Source: an uncultured virus (IMG/VR IMGVR_UViG_3300030103_000980)
Taxonomy: Duplodnaviria > Heunggongvirae > Uroviricota > Caudoviricetes
IMG/VR virus record: IMGVR_UViG_3300030103_000980
DNA: 64,000 nucleotides
Reading direction: 5' to 3' (one strand)
Shown: positions 8,641-17,104 of the stretch, piece by piece
Position numbering within the stretch: the stretch's first letter is position 1
Layout of the letters: each line of letters begins with the position of its first letter
Notes under the pieces: model-generated
The model's input: the letters and a program-made list of their open reading frames with translations, nothing else
Database searches by the model: none
Told to the model about the DNA's origin: nothing
Made by a program: the position numbers and the translations under genes

Positions 8641-11600
8641 TACATTACTTCCCTTGCCAAAGCACCGATGCCTGAGTGTATCATCTTTCGTGGTCTCAAG
8701 TCCACTTCTCCGCCTTTTGCGCGACGGATTTCACGGGTTGCGGCCTTCGTGTTGCCGCTGTCATCAAAGTCTATAATTCTTAGTCCTTCCCCGTCTGAGG
8801 CAAAAAGAACCGGAGGGCGACCAGCAACATTAGGTCCGTCTTTAGTGGAAAAAATATTATTCGGGTCCGGGTCTACTAGGTTTCCGTTTTCATCTCTTTT
8901 GTTTACATTACGACGAACAGTTCCACCGTTATCCTCAAACTCTTTTAAAGCTTTATCTACAGTCTTTTCATAAGTGTTAAAATAGGCATCCTTACCAATA
9001 GCATCTCCTCCATGTGTTTTAAACATGTCAGCACCTGAAAAGAACACAACACCGTTTATATCATCTTCTTCTTTTGCGGTTTTAATTATAGAGCGCACTG
9101 CATACCTAAAATAATCAGATTGGTTTTTAAATGGTGGAGGCAGAATAAATCCGGTTTGGTTTCCTGACCCGGTGTACTGCTTTACTTTATTAAAAGCATC
9201 TACTTTTTCCAAGTCTATGCCCTGTGCCTCTGCTGTTTCACGGGCGTTGTCCATCAGCGTAGATTTTTCTGCGTCGCTTAAAACATCGCCAGACTGCATT
9301 ATCTCTGCTCGTCTTTTATCGAACTTCATAATATCAAAAACACCTCGATTATGTCTATGCCCCAGACCACCTATGCTCTGGGCAAGGATACTCTCAAGAT
9401 GAACGTCCGATAAGAGATCATCTAGGTCTAAAAAGATACGAGTCTCTTCTAAAATACCGCCCCCGTAAGTTTGTTCAAGTTCGTCTAATTTATCAGCATA
9501 TGCTTTAGAAAGCTTCACCTTAGTCTCTGGACTAAAAGAAGCAACCATTTCTTTTATTTTATCACGAGTAGGAGTGCCAAATTCTGGAACGCTTTCGTCT
9601 TTAGTAAGATTAAGCCAGCTTTCGTCCTCACCTTTTAAAATCTTTCCAACAGCAGGATCTATTTCACCCAAAACTTCCGTAAGCGCAGCGTGCGCAATAC
9701 CTTGTCTTCCATAAACCTCGTCGGTGGTTATTTCCCTAAAGACTCTTTCCTTAAACTCTGCTGGTGTTATGTTATTATCTGCAACTTCTCTGGCAGCAGG
9801 CGTCATCCCCCTTTTAAGTTGTCTAATATGTTTTTCTACGTTTTGAACAGTGGTAGGCTGACCAGCGGACCTTAAAGAACTTTCAATCATTCCTTCTATA
9901 AAAGATCGATTATTTTCAATGTAGTCTAGTACATAGTTGTCTACTGCGGTGAAATCACCGCCTGTATTGCTCAACCCAGAAAAGAAATCAGACTCACCTG
10001 GCAGAGGAAGCACCGTTGCAAGATCATCTTTGTTTTGTAGCAGAAAAGACCTTGTTGTAATTTCTGGAAGTCTACGACCACGAGGACTCAATGCAATATA
10101 TGGATGCCTTGTGCTATCTACCATTGTGGCATCAAACAGAGCTTCAGTTTTATTATCTAAATCAATTAATTCATTTTCAAAACGATTGCTTTTAGTGATT
10201 TCTTCTGGAAAAAGCTTTTCCGCTACTTTTTCAAACTTTTTAGCCTCTGCGTCATAAGGTATTCTTACTTTTCCAGATTCCCCATAAGACGTAGCGTCTC
10301 CAGAAGCCCCCTGACTTGCTGGTGACTCAAAGAAAGCGTCAAGTCTTTCATCAAATGTTTTTACTTTTTGTATCTTTCTTACTACTTGCATGTCTTTTAT
10401 TGTTTTGTTTTCAGCAGCAGCGCGGTCTTCAATTGCTTTTACCTCTGGCCCATCAATATCTGGAAGCTGATACTTGTTGTCCGGGTTCTGGACGAATATG
10501 GTTTCTACATTACCGTCTTCATCCTCAAGTTTCATTCTGTAGCCTTCTTCTTTTGGCATCTCTACCCCAGAACCCATATCATAGTCTCGAATAGCATTTG
10601 ATTGTATTTCATTCACAACCAAATATCTTTTTTCGTCAGGGGTGGTAACTATGTATGTTCTGGCCCAACCAAAGTATCCGGGTATCTTTTTACCGCCGGG
10701 AGGTCCCGCAAAACCGTAGTCATGCCCTGCCATAACTGAAGGTATGTCATCAAGCGATGAACCATCATTAAATGCTATGCTATCTGGCTTGTTGGTAGAA
10801 AAAACAAATAAGGCCCCATCATCCGCCACTCGTTCCAAAGAAGGATGATAATTTGAGGGCGCACCTACCCTTGTTATTTGACCATTCTCGTCTACATCTC
10901 CAATGTAGGGAATACCCCGCTCCCGATAAGGTGTTTTGTTGTTAACAAAATCTTCACTATGATTTTTTAAACGGAACATTCGACTACGAACTTGCGGTAA
11001 AAACTCCTCTGCTTTTTCAATCGCGGTCACGGATTGAATTTTGTTGTTACCTTCATCAGCTAACCGGAGTAGTTCATCCTGAAATGGGCTATCCTTGTAC
11101 TCGGCTTTCATAGCACCTTTAAGAAGTCTTTTGTCCAACTCTGACGGTCTAATCCCAGCTTCAGGGATTTTTTTCATTTCTTCTTGCGCATGAAGATTTG
11201 TTAGGACAGGAGAAAAGTTATCAACCTTTTCACCAAACTCACCCGTGTCATCCACGGTATAAACCATGTTCTGAGAATTGCGGTCAGGCTTTCTTCGATA
11301 CCCCGGAAGAGACATCAACGAATCATAAGTAAATTCTGGCACAGCAGGATCAAGGTCACCCATAGCTTCATCTGCCTGACGGGTTCTTCCAATGCCAACT
11401 TCAGGGCCGGGGGTTCTCGGTTGAGCCGGAGTTGCCTGCTGAGTGTTTTCTACATCGTCAAGAGCACGAGCCTGTGATGCTGCATCAAACAGTTGATTAG
11501 CCTCGTCACCTTCTGGTGCAGTTGCTGGAGTAGCTGTAAACTCACCCTCAATAGTTTGATTCGGGGTGACATTTGCAGAATCAATTAAAACTTCAACTTC

Positions 11601-12839
11601 GTCTTCTGTCCCTCTGCCCCCGCGAAAAGTGGCGTTCGGAGCAGCTAAAATATCCCCGGCACGAACAGTATATTCAACCAGCGGCTGTCTTTCTTCACCT
11701 CTTCGTTCACGAATACGCTGACCCGGCAACTGCCGACCTTCAATGCTTCTACTTAAACTGAAAGACTGAACCTCACCCGGCTGAATATCTCCTACTCTAA
11801 ACACTGTAACAGGTGTTTCTGGAGTTAGTTCTGCTACATCCAAGCCCATAAATCTTTCAACAAACATTTCAGCTTCATCTGCAAGTTGTGAGCGGACATC
11901 ACTAAGAACCGCGTCATTCACAGGATCCGCAGCAGCACCAAGATCATCACCTCTTCTTCGACTTAAAAGTTCGCCAGCGATATCCGCAGCGTAGCCACGA
12001 TCATTTGACACAAGAGCAGCCATTAGATCGTCTGCCTCTTCCTCCTCAAGCTGCATCATAACATCTGCAAAATCACCGCGATCAACCTCTGTGGGTCTGA
12101 CTGATTGCGCTGCGGGGTCTTCGCCGCGTTGAAATGCTGCTGTCTCTTCAGGCGTTGCCATGCGCTGAGTGACTTCGGTTCGTAACACCGGAAGACCAGT
12201 AACTTCACTTCTTGGAAGGTCTGATAAACTAATATCCCCCGTAGTGTTAAAACGTACAGGTTGCTGTTCTGTTTCTACAGGTGCAAGGTCCGTGGACCGA
12301 GTTGCGGGGGTGTCGGTCCTTGAACCTGCCTTCAATAAAGCACCAATACCTTTGAACGCAAGAAACGGATCGGCTATAAACTCACCAAACAACATCCCCT
12401 GACGAAATGGATTCATACCCGCACGAGAAGCTGCGTCACCGCTTTCGGACTCTGCGTCCATATCTTCGCCAAATCCCATAGCACGACCGATGGCCTCTGC
12501 ACCTGCGACTTTCTGAAACGCATCAAAAGCCTTAGCAAATTGTCCGCGTTCTTCTATATCCAGCGGTTCCCCGGTCACTAACTTGTTCAGTAAAGAAGGA
12601 GCGTCACGGAAAAGTAAAGCAAGCAGGTCTGCCGGAAGTCCCAGTAACCCGGCAGGAAGACCAACGCCCACACCTTTCAAAGTTTCCAAACCTTCGCGCT
12701 GTCGAGCAGCAAGACCTGCGGGAGTAAGTTCATCAGCCATAAGCTGCCGACCCAGCAGATTACGCTGGACATTTTCTATCGCTTGTCTTCTTTCAGCTTG
12801 TCTTGGAGTCTCTGGTCTTGGTTCGGGCAGGGCAACCAT
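8640..12839 (-). CDS. Large multidomain (polyvalent-like) putative virion protein with ADP-ribosyltransferase-like segment
   Basis: 1399 aa, coupled to terL; VFRVG...SFSLS...EDEVEVLI at about aa 340-420. Confidence 0.75.
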   Translation of the reverse strand: MVALPEPRPETPRQAERRQAIENVQRNLLGRQLMADELTPAGLAARQREGLETLKGVGVGLPAGLLGLPADLLALLFRDAPSLLNKLVTGEPLDIEERGQFAKAFDAFQKVAGAEAIGRAMGFGEDMDAESESGDAASRAGMNPFRQGMLFGEFIADPFLAFKGIGALLKAGSRTDTPATRSTDLAPVETEQQPVRFNTTGDISLSDLPRSEVTGLPVLRTEVTQRMATPEETAAFQRGEDPAAQSVRPTEVDRGDFADVMMQLEEEEADDLMAALVSNDRGYAADIAGELLSRRRGDDLGAAADPVNDAVLSDVRSQLADEAEMFVERFMGLDVAELTPETPVTVFRVGDIQPGEVQSFSLSRSIEGRQLPGQRIRERRGEERQPLVEYTVRAGDILAAPNATFRGGRGTEDEVEVLIDSANVTPNQTIEGEFTATPATAPEGDEANQLFDAASQARALDDVENTQQATPAQPRTPGPEVGIGRTRQADEAMGDLDPAVPEFTYDSLMSLPGYRRKPDRNSQNMVYTVDDTGEFGEKVDNFSPVLTNLHAQEEMKKIPEAGIRPSELDKRLLKGAMKAEYKDSPFQDELLRLADEGNNKIQSVTAIEKAEEFLPQVRSRMFRLKNHSEDFVNNKTPYRERGIPYIGDVDENGQITRVGAPSNYHPSLERVADDGALFVFSTNKPDSIAFNDGSSLDDIPSVMAGHDYGFAGPPGGKKIPGYFGWARTYIVTTPDEKRYLVVNEIQSNAIRDYDMGSGVEMPKEEGYRMKLEDEDGNVETIFVQNPDNKYQLPDIDGPEVKAIEDRAAAENKTIKDMQVVRKIQKVKTFDERLDAFFESPASQGASGDATSYGESGKVRIPYDAEAKKFEKVAEKLFPEEITKSNRFENELIDLDNKTEALFDATMVDSTRHPYIALSPRGRRLPEITTRSFLLQNKDDLATVLPLPGESDFFSGLSNTGGDFTAVDNYVLDYIENNRSFIEGMIESSLRSAGQPTTVQNVEKHIRQLKRGMTPAAREVADNNITPAEFKERVFREITTDEVYGRQGIAHAALTEVLGEIDPAVGKILKGEDESWLNLTKDESVPEFGTPTRDKIKEMVASFSPETKVKLSKAYADKLDELEQTYGGGILEETRIFLDLDDLLSDVHLESILAQSIGGLGHRHNRGVFDIMKFDKRRAEIMQSGDVLSDAEKSTLMDNARETAEAQGIDLEKVDAFNKVKQYTGSGNQTGFILPPPFKNQSDYFRYAVRSIIKTAKEEDDINGVVFFSGADMFKTHGGDAIGKDAYFNTYEKTVDKALKEFEDNGGTVRRNVNKRDENGNLVDPDPNNIFSTKDGPNVAGRPPVLFASDGEGLRIIDFDDSGNTKAATREIRRAKGGEVDLRPRKMIHSGIGALAREVM

Positions 12840-14329
12840 TAGTAATACTCTCTCTTGCGTGGCGGTGCGTCGTCTTCAAACTCTTCGCCATCCAATCTAA
12901 TAAAACCGCCCTGGCGAAAGCGCATCAGGGCCATAGTCATACTATCACAAAAGTCATCATGGTCGCCATTGGGAAATGATGCAACCTCTTCGATAACTTC
13001 GTCAGCAAATTTTTCCCCAACAGGATACCACACTTTGCCAGATTCAAAAATAGGCGAAACAATATGCATACGCGCTGTCTTGTCCAGACCTCCCCCACCC
13101 TTCCGACGACCGGGGGCAAAGGTCGCAACCGGGAGGTTCAGTAACCGCATTTCATCAGCCAACGGTTGACCAGACGCTTTTGCCTCAATCAACATCAACT
13201 CTGGGTCCCAATACTCAAACTCTTCACGCGCTATGGTTTTAAGCTCTGGAAAGTTCCACCGACCCTTCTTTGCATCCAGCAATATTAGATGCTCCTCAGA
13301 ATTTTTGTACGGGCGAAACACACCCCACGTTGTAATCGCAGAATAGTCAGCAGTTTCTTTCTTTGAATACGCGGTGTCGTAAGACTGTATTATGTAGTCT
13401 AAATCAGGAATATCGTCTTCTTCCCACTCCTGCCACCAGTCCCGCTTGACCATCGCGGTTTCTTCGGACGTAGGATTTTGTTGCCACTGCGCATTCCATT
13501 TGCCCACGGACAGCGAAGCTTTGACCTTGAGAAGCTCGTCCTTTTGCCAAAATTCAGGCCATAATGGTTCTCCCGACGGCATAATCGCAGGAAATTCTAC
13601 AACTTCCCACTGGTCAGCCATTATATCTTTGGCCTGTGCGGTCAGTAACCTGCCCGTGATATCCTTCTTTGACCACCGGGTTTGAACAATAATAATGCTG
13701 CCACCAGGCTGGAGTCTCTGTCTAGGACCCGAAGTGTACCATTCATATGCGTTATCATAAGCAGATGTGGACAAGGCATCTTGTTCCGAGTGCGGGTCAT
13801 CGATGATAAGCAAGTCCGCGCCACGACCAGTCATTGCTGCGCCCACCCCAGCAGCAAAGTACTCCCCGCCTGACGCTGTTTCCCATCTACCAGCCGCCTG
13901 ACTATCCGCTTTCAAGTCCGTGTTCGGAAAGACCTCTTTGTATTTGGGGTCAGCGATGAGGTCACGAACCTTACGTCCAAATCTTACAGCAAGTTCGGTA
14001 TTCATGGTAGCTTGAATAATTTTTAACTTGGGGTTCCTGCCAAGAAACCAAGACGGCATGAGATAGGATGCAAATTCTGATTTAGAATGTCGGGGTGGCA
14101 TATTTACAATCAGTCTTTTTAAATCACCGCTTGCGATACGCTCCAGCTTTTCAGCTATGATTCTATGATGGGTCCCCTCTATGAAATTGTCATAGACATG
14201 ATGGACGTATGACATGAAGTCTTCTTGCGCTTTGTCACGCAGGTCAAGTCGTTTCGCCTGCTCTTCAAGCAGGTAGATTTCCTTGAGCACGTCATCGGGC
14301 AGTAGTTCTAAGCTGGCTGTGTTCTCCAT
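12839..14329 (-). CDS. terL: Terminase large subunit
   Basis: Walker A MPPRHSKS, Walker B LLIIDDP, QTRW, nuclease SYDTA and HDDFCDS. Confidence 0.97.
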   Translation of the reverse strand: MENTASLELLPDDVLKEIYLLEEQAKRLDLRDKAQEDFMSYVHHVYDNFIEGTHHRIIAEKLERIASGDLKRLIVNMPPRHSKSEFASYLMPSWFLGRNPKLKIIQATMNTELAVRFGRKVRDLIADPKYKEVFPNTDLKADSQAAGRWETASGGEYFAAGVGAAMTGRGADLLIIDDPHSEQDALSTSAYDNAYEWYTSGPRQRLQPGGSIIIVQTRWSKKDITGRLLTAQAKDIMADQWEVVEFPAIMPSGEPLWPEFWQKDELLKVKASLSVGKWNAQWQQNPTSEETAMVKRDWWQEWEEDDIPDLDYIIQSYDTAYSKKETADYSAITTWGVFRPYKNSEEHLILLDAKKGRWNFPELKTIAREEFEYWDPELMLIEAKASGQPLADEMRLLNLPVATFAPGRRKGGGGLDKTARMHIVSPIFESGKVWYPVGEKFADEVIEEVASFPNGDHDDFCDSMTMALMRFRQGGFIRLDGEEFEDDAPPRKREYY

Positions 14330-14586
14330 ACCCGAACGATAATATACGCGAATGAATTTATCAACCCTGCAACATGCATGCAGTATGGGCCGCAGGTCCG
14401 GTGTACCTGCGGGGGTGGGGGTATATTAGAGCATAAACCCAAGTCCCGGTCAATCCCAAGTAACCCCAGATTTTTCCATATAATGGAAAAGATTATCCCA
14501 TGTGTTAGTTGACCGGCCTATGTATTTCGTGATACGGTTGTCTTGAGGCGTCGTGCCTCTAACCAGTCAACGAAAGGATTAATCTG

Positions 14587-14991
14587 ATGACTGACTATAT
14601 AACAATCAAGACCGACAGCGACGGCACCACAATCTGGTTGCCTGCTGGCGTTAACGTCCAGACCGTAGCACCAAAGGCAGTTGAGCAGCGCAAGACTGAA
14701 ACCGTTGCCAAGCCCAGAGCAGTCGCCAAGTCTAAAGGCAAGCGTAACCGTATGCTGAACGGCATGACTTGTCAGGATGCCATACTGGATATTCTGACCC
14801 AGAAGGATGCCACCCCAAAAGGATTGGCAAGACTTACTGGATACGGGATGCAAACTTGTTTTGCCGCTATCCATATGCTACGCGCTGAAGGTCATAAGAT
14901 TGAAAAGCGCAAAGGTCGAAACGGTAAGTATCGTTATTGGGGACGTAAGGCGTTTTCAAAAGCAGTCTTTGGTGACAAGTATGGCTCATAA
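14587..14991 (+). CDS. Winged-helix DNA-binding protein
   Basis: ILDIL...TPKGLARLTG...AAIHMLRAEGHKIE...GKYR HTH pattern; AAGGA RBS. Confidence 0.7.
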   Translation: MTDYITIKTDSDGTTIWLPAGVNVQTVAPKAVEQRKTETVAKPRAVAKSKGKRNRMLNGMTCQDAILDILTQKDATPKGLARLTGYGMQTCFAAIHMLRAEGHKIEKRKGRNGKYRYWGRKAFSKAVFGDKYGS

Positions 14992-15163
14992 GACCTTAAA
15001 AGACCAGTTGCGTTTCCACTATCAGTTCTACCTTTTGATGCACACAGTAGGTCGGACCGAAGAAGCGATGCGGTCATTAGAAAAACTCGAGGGTGTTATC
15101 GAAGGCATCAGGCCCGAAATCAAGGCGGTCAATATCGATAACCTGAAACAGTCAGCAAAGTAG
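14981..15163 (+). CDS. Small early hypothetical protein
   Basis: ATG overlapping the end of the upstream gene; 60 aa; followed by a hairpin. Confidence 0.65.
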   Translation: MAHKTLKDQLRFHYQFYLLMHTVGRTEEAMRSLEKLEGVIEGIRPEIKAVNIDNLKQSAK

Positions 15164-15168
15164 AGGAG

Positions 15169-15190
15169 CGGGGGCGAAAGCCCCCGATTT
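15169..15190 (+). terminator. Putative intrinsic terminator
   Basis: CGGGGGC-GAAA-GCCCCCG followed by ATTT. Confidence 0.6.
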
Positions 15191-15196
15191 ACTGAT

Positions 15197-15409
15197 ATGA
15201 AATACGAAGAAATTGAAAACCCAACCTATGAACAGTTTGAAAAAGAATGCAATCGTCAGGTGACTAACATAGCTGGACTTGGCATTCATGATCTAGCAGA
15301 TGCAAGCTGGCGCGATTATTTCGACGCTGGCATGTCTCCGCGCAATGCAATCGAGTGTGCTAATGATGATTTTTGGGACGGGGAACTCAGCGACATTCTG
15401 CACGGGTAG
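15197..15409 (+). CDS. Small acidic early protein
   Basis: 70 aa, DLADASWRDYFDAGMSP. Confidence 0.7.
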   Translation: MKYEEIENPTYEQFEKECNRQVTNIAGLGIHDLADASWRDYFDAGMSPRNAIECANDDFWDGELSDILHG

Positions 15410-15415
15410 TTGACC

Positions 15416-15490
15416 ATGAACATCCAAGCCCATGCCGCTATATCAGCGTTGATGATCTACACCGTTTACCTGTGTATCACACAATTTTAA
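15416..15490 (+). CDS. Possible 24-aa hydrophobic peptide
   Basis: MNIQAHAAISALMIYTVYLCITQF fills the gap before the hairpin. Confidence 0.35.
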   Translation: MNIQAHAAISALMIYTVYLCITQF

Positions 15491-15494
15491 TGCA

Positions 15495-15519
15495 GCAGGC
15501 CCAGCGTAGCTGGGCCTGC
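15495..15519 (+). terminator. Hairpin, probable terminator
   Basis: GCAGGCCCAGC-GTA-GCTGGGCCTGC perfect 11-bp stem. Confidence 0.55.
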
Positions 15520-15523
15520 ATTG

Positions 15524-15587
15524 TTGTGCGCGCCGCGCAGCCGAAGTTCGCAGGCCGCAGGCCGCCGATGTGGGCCGCAGGCCGCAG
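15524..15587 (+). repeat. GGCCGCA heptamer array element 1
   Basis: Contains GTGGGCCGCAGGCCGCAG (15570-15587); aligns with 15906..15962. Confidence 0.9.
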
Positions 15588-15661
15588 AATTATTGTTTTG
15601 TGTTTATGGGATTATATGGTAGAATATAGGATAATCAAATAACCATATGAAAGGAAACATC

Positions 15662-15868
15662 ATGTCAGTTACTAAAGATGAAGCATACACATCAAAACTG
15701 TTTAAACTGTTTAATGAAATGCCAAAGTATAAAACTAAAGGTCAGGAAGATTGTGCAGATTGCGAATGGATTGCTGACGAAACAGACGGCGAAGTTTTAA
15801 TCTGTGGAGAGTGTCAGCACGAACAGCACATTAATTATCTCAAGTTTCGTGCTCGTGAAGAAAAGTAA
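15662..15868 (+). CDS. Small zinc-finger-like early protein
   Basis: AAGGA RBS before ATG 15662; CADC...CGEC. Confidence 0.7.
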   Translation: MSVTKDEAYTSKLFKLFNEMPKYKTKGQEDCADCEWIADETDGEVLICGECQHEQHINYLKFRAREEK

Positions 15869-15874
15869 ACAACA

Positions 15875-15904
15875 GGAAGGCGGCGCAAGTCGCCTTCCGT
15901 TTTT
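15875..15904 (+). terminator. Intrinsic terminator
   Basis: GGAAGGCGGC-GCAA-GTCGCCTTCC followed by GTTTTT. Confidence 0.8.
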
Positions 15905-15905
15905 A

Positions 15906-15962
15906 TTGTGCGAAGCGCAACGAAGTGGGCCGCAGGCCGCAGGCGTGGGCCGCAGGCCGCAG
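15906..15962 (+). repeat. GGCCGCA heptamer array element 2
   Basis: Two exact GTGGGCCGCAGGCCGCAG copies (15925-15942, 15945-15962). Confidence 0.9.
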
Positions 15963-15970
15963 ATTAGAAG

Positions 15971-15998
15971 TTGACTTATTCTATGGTTGGGATAAAAT
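15971..15998 (+). promoter_or_regulatory. Sigma70-like early promoter
   Basis: TTGACT-N16-TAAAAT upstream of ATG 16028. Confidence 0.65.
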
Positions 15999-16027
15999 GG
16001 GAAAAGATAATAAGAAAGGGAAAAGCT

Positions 16028-16615
16028 ATGTTATCAAATACCAGTAAAATGCCAGGCAAGTCCATAAGCCTTTCAGCGTGGAAGTGTAAAACAGGCGACA
16101 AGCTAGCAAAGATTAAAGGCTCAGTTTGCCATGACTGCTACGCTAGAAAAGGCCGCTACAACATGCCAAACGTGACAGACAAAATGGAAGAGCGGTTAAA
16201 GTTTTTTAATGCTATTGATTTTGTGCCTAGAATGGTCGCTATGTTGAACAAGACAAGGTCGCCTTATTTCCGTTGGTTCGATTCAGGCGACGTGCAGAAC
16301 GTCCGCATGGCGTTAAACATTATCGACATAGTTAAGGCAACACCAGAAAAGAAACACTGGATCCCCACAAAAGAACGTAAAATCTGGCTTGAAGCATTGA
16401 AGCTTGAAGCGTTGCCAGATAATGCTGTCATCAGATACAGCGCAACAATGATAGACGACACGCCGCCGCAAGATTGGGAACACAGCAGCGCGGTCATAAA
16501 GAATGCCGCGCCAATTGGTCACGAATGCCCAGCCCCAACACAAGGCGGAAAGTGTGGCGAATGCCGCGCTTGCTGGTCGCGTGATGTCAAAACTGTTTCA
16601 TACCACAAACACTAG
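16028..16615 (+). CDS. GP88-family protein (Cys-rich, radical-SAM-like)
   Basis: LSNTSKMP...C...CHDCYA...FRWFDSGD...HWIPTKE...CPA...CGECRACW. Confidence 0.85.
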   Translation: MLSNTSKMPGKSISLSAWKCKTGDKLAKIKGSVCHDCYARKGRYNMPNVTDKMEERLKFFNAIDFVPRMVAMLNKTRSPYFRWFDSGDVQNVRMALNIIDIVKATPEKKHWIPTKERKIWLEALKLEALPDNAVIRYSATMIDDTPPQDWEHSSAVIKNAAPIGHECPAPTQGGKCGECRACWSRDVKTVSYHKH

Positions 16616-16621
16616 TACACA

Positions 16622-16652
16622 CAGCGCACCCGTCAGGGTGCGCTGATTCTTT
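16622..16652 (+). terminator. Hairpin between convergent genes, probable terminator
   Basis: CAGCGCACCC-GTCA-GGGTGCGCTG then ATTCTTT. Confidence 0.65.
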
Positions 16653-16666
16653 ATGCGCGAATCCTA

Positions 16667-17104
16667 CTACATCATCCGCAGACCGCAGGCCGCAGACCAC
16701 CGGGCGCAGGCCGCAGACCGCAGAGCATCGGGCGCAGATTTAATGTTGCCCTGCCAGATGGACATAGGCCGCAGGTCATCGGCCCTTGCACCTTGGATTT
16801 CCAAAGCTTTTCCACTCTCAAATAAAAATACATCGGACTCGAAGGACGACGAAGCAAGAAAAAAAGAAACGCCACCGCACCTAGAATGCGATAAATGCCA
16901 AGCAATTTGGGACGGTTGTAGGGTTATCCCATTTCTTTTTATTATCTTTAATTCAACCCATACTGGTGCGCCATCGATACACATATATACATCGGGCATT
17001 CCCTCTGCCACACGATTCTCAATCCGTTGGCAATGTGTCTTTTTCGGCAGATGTTTCTTCAGTGATTGCCAAAGGTTCTTCTCTGTTTTCGATGATTTTG
17101 GCAT
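16667..17104 (-). CDS. PD-(D/E)XK nuclease (VRR-NUC / resolvase-like)
   Basis: RIEN...GMPDVY...WVELK...PSQIAW; start overlaps terS 3' end. Confidence 0.85.
   Translation of the reverse strand: MPKSSKTEKNLWQSLKKHLPKKTHCQRIENRVAEGMPDVYMCIDGAPVWVELKIIKRNGITLQPSQIAWHLSHSRCGGVSFFLASSSFESDVFLFESGKALEIQGARADDLRPMSIWQGNIKSAPDALRSAACARWSAACGLRMM
16676..16776 (+). repeat. Degenerate heptamer array element 3
   Basis: ccgcagaccgcaggccgcagaccaccgggcgcaggccgcagaccgcag; overlaps the nuclease C-terminus. Confidence 0.8.

Noticed and set aside
15524..16776. CRISPR or mini-CRISPR array
   Set aside because: Repeats are 7-18 nt with irregular spacing, there are no uniform spacers, and no cas genes were seen
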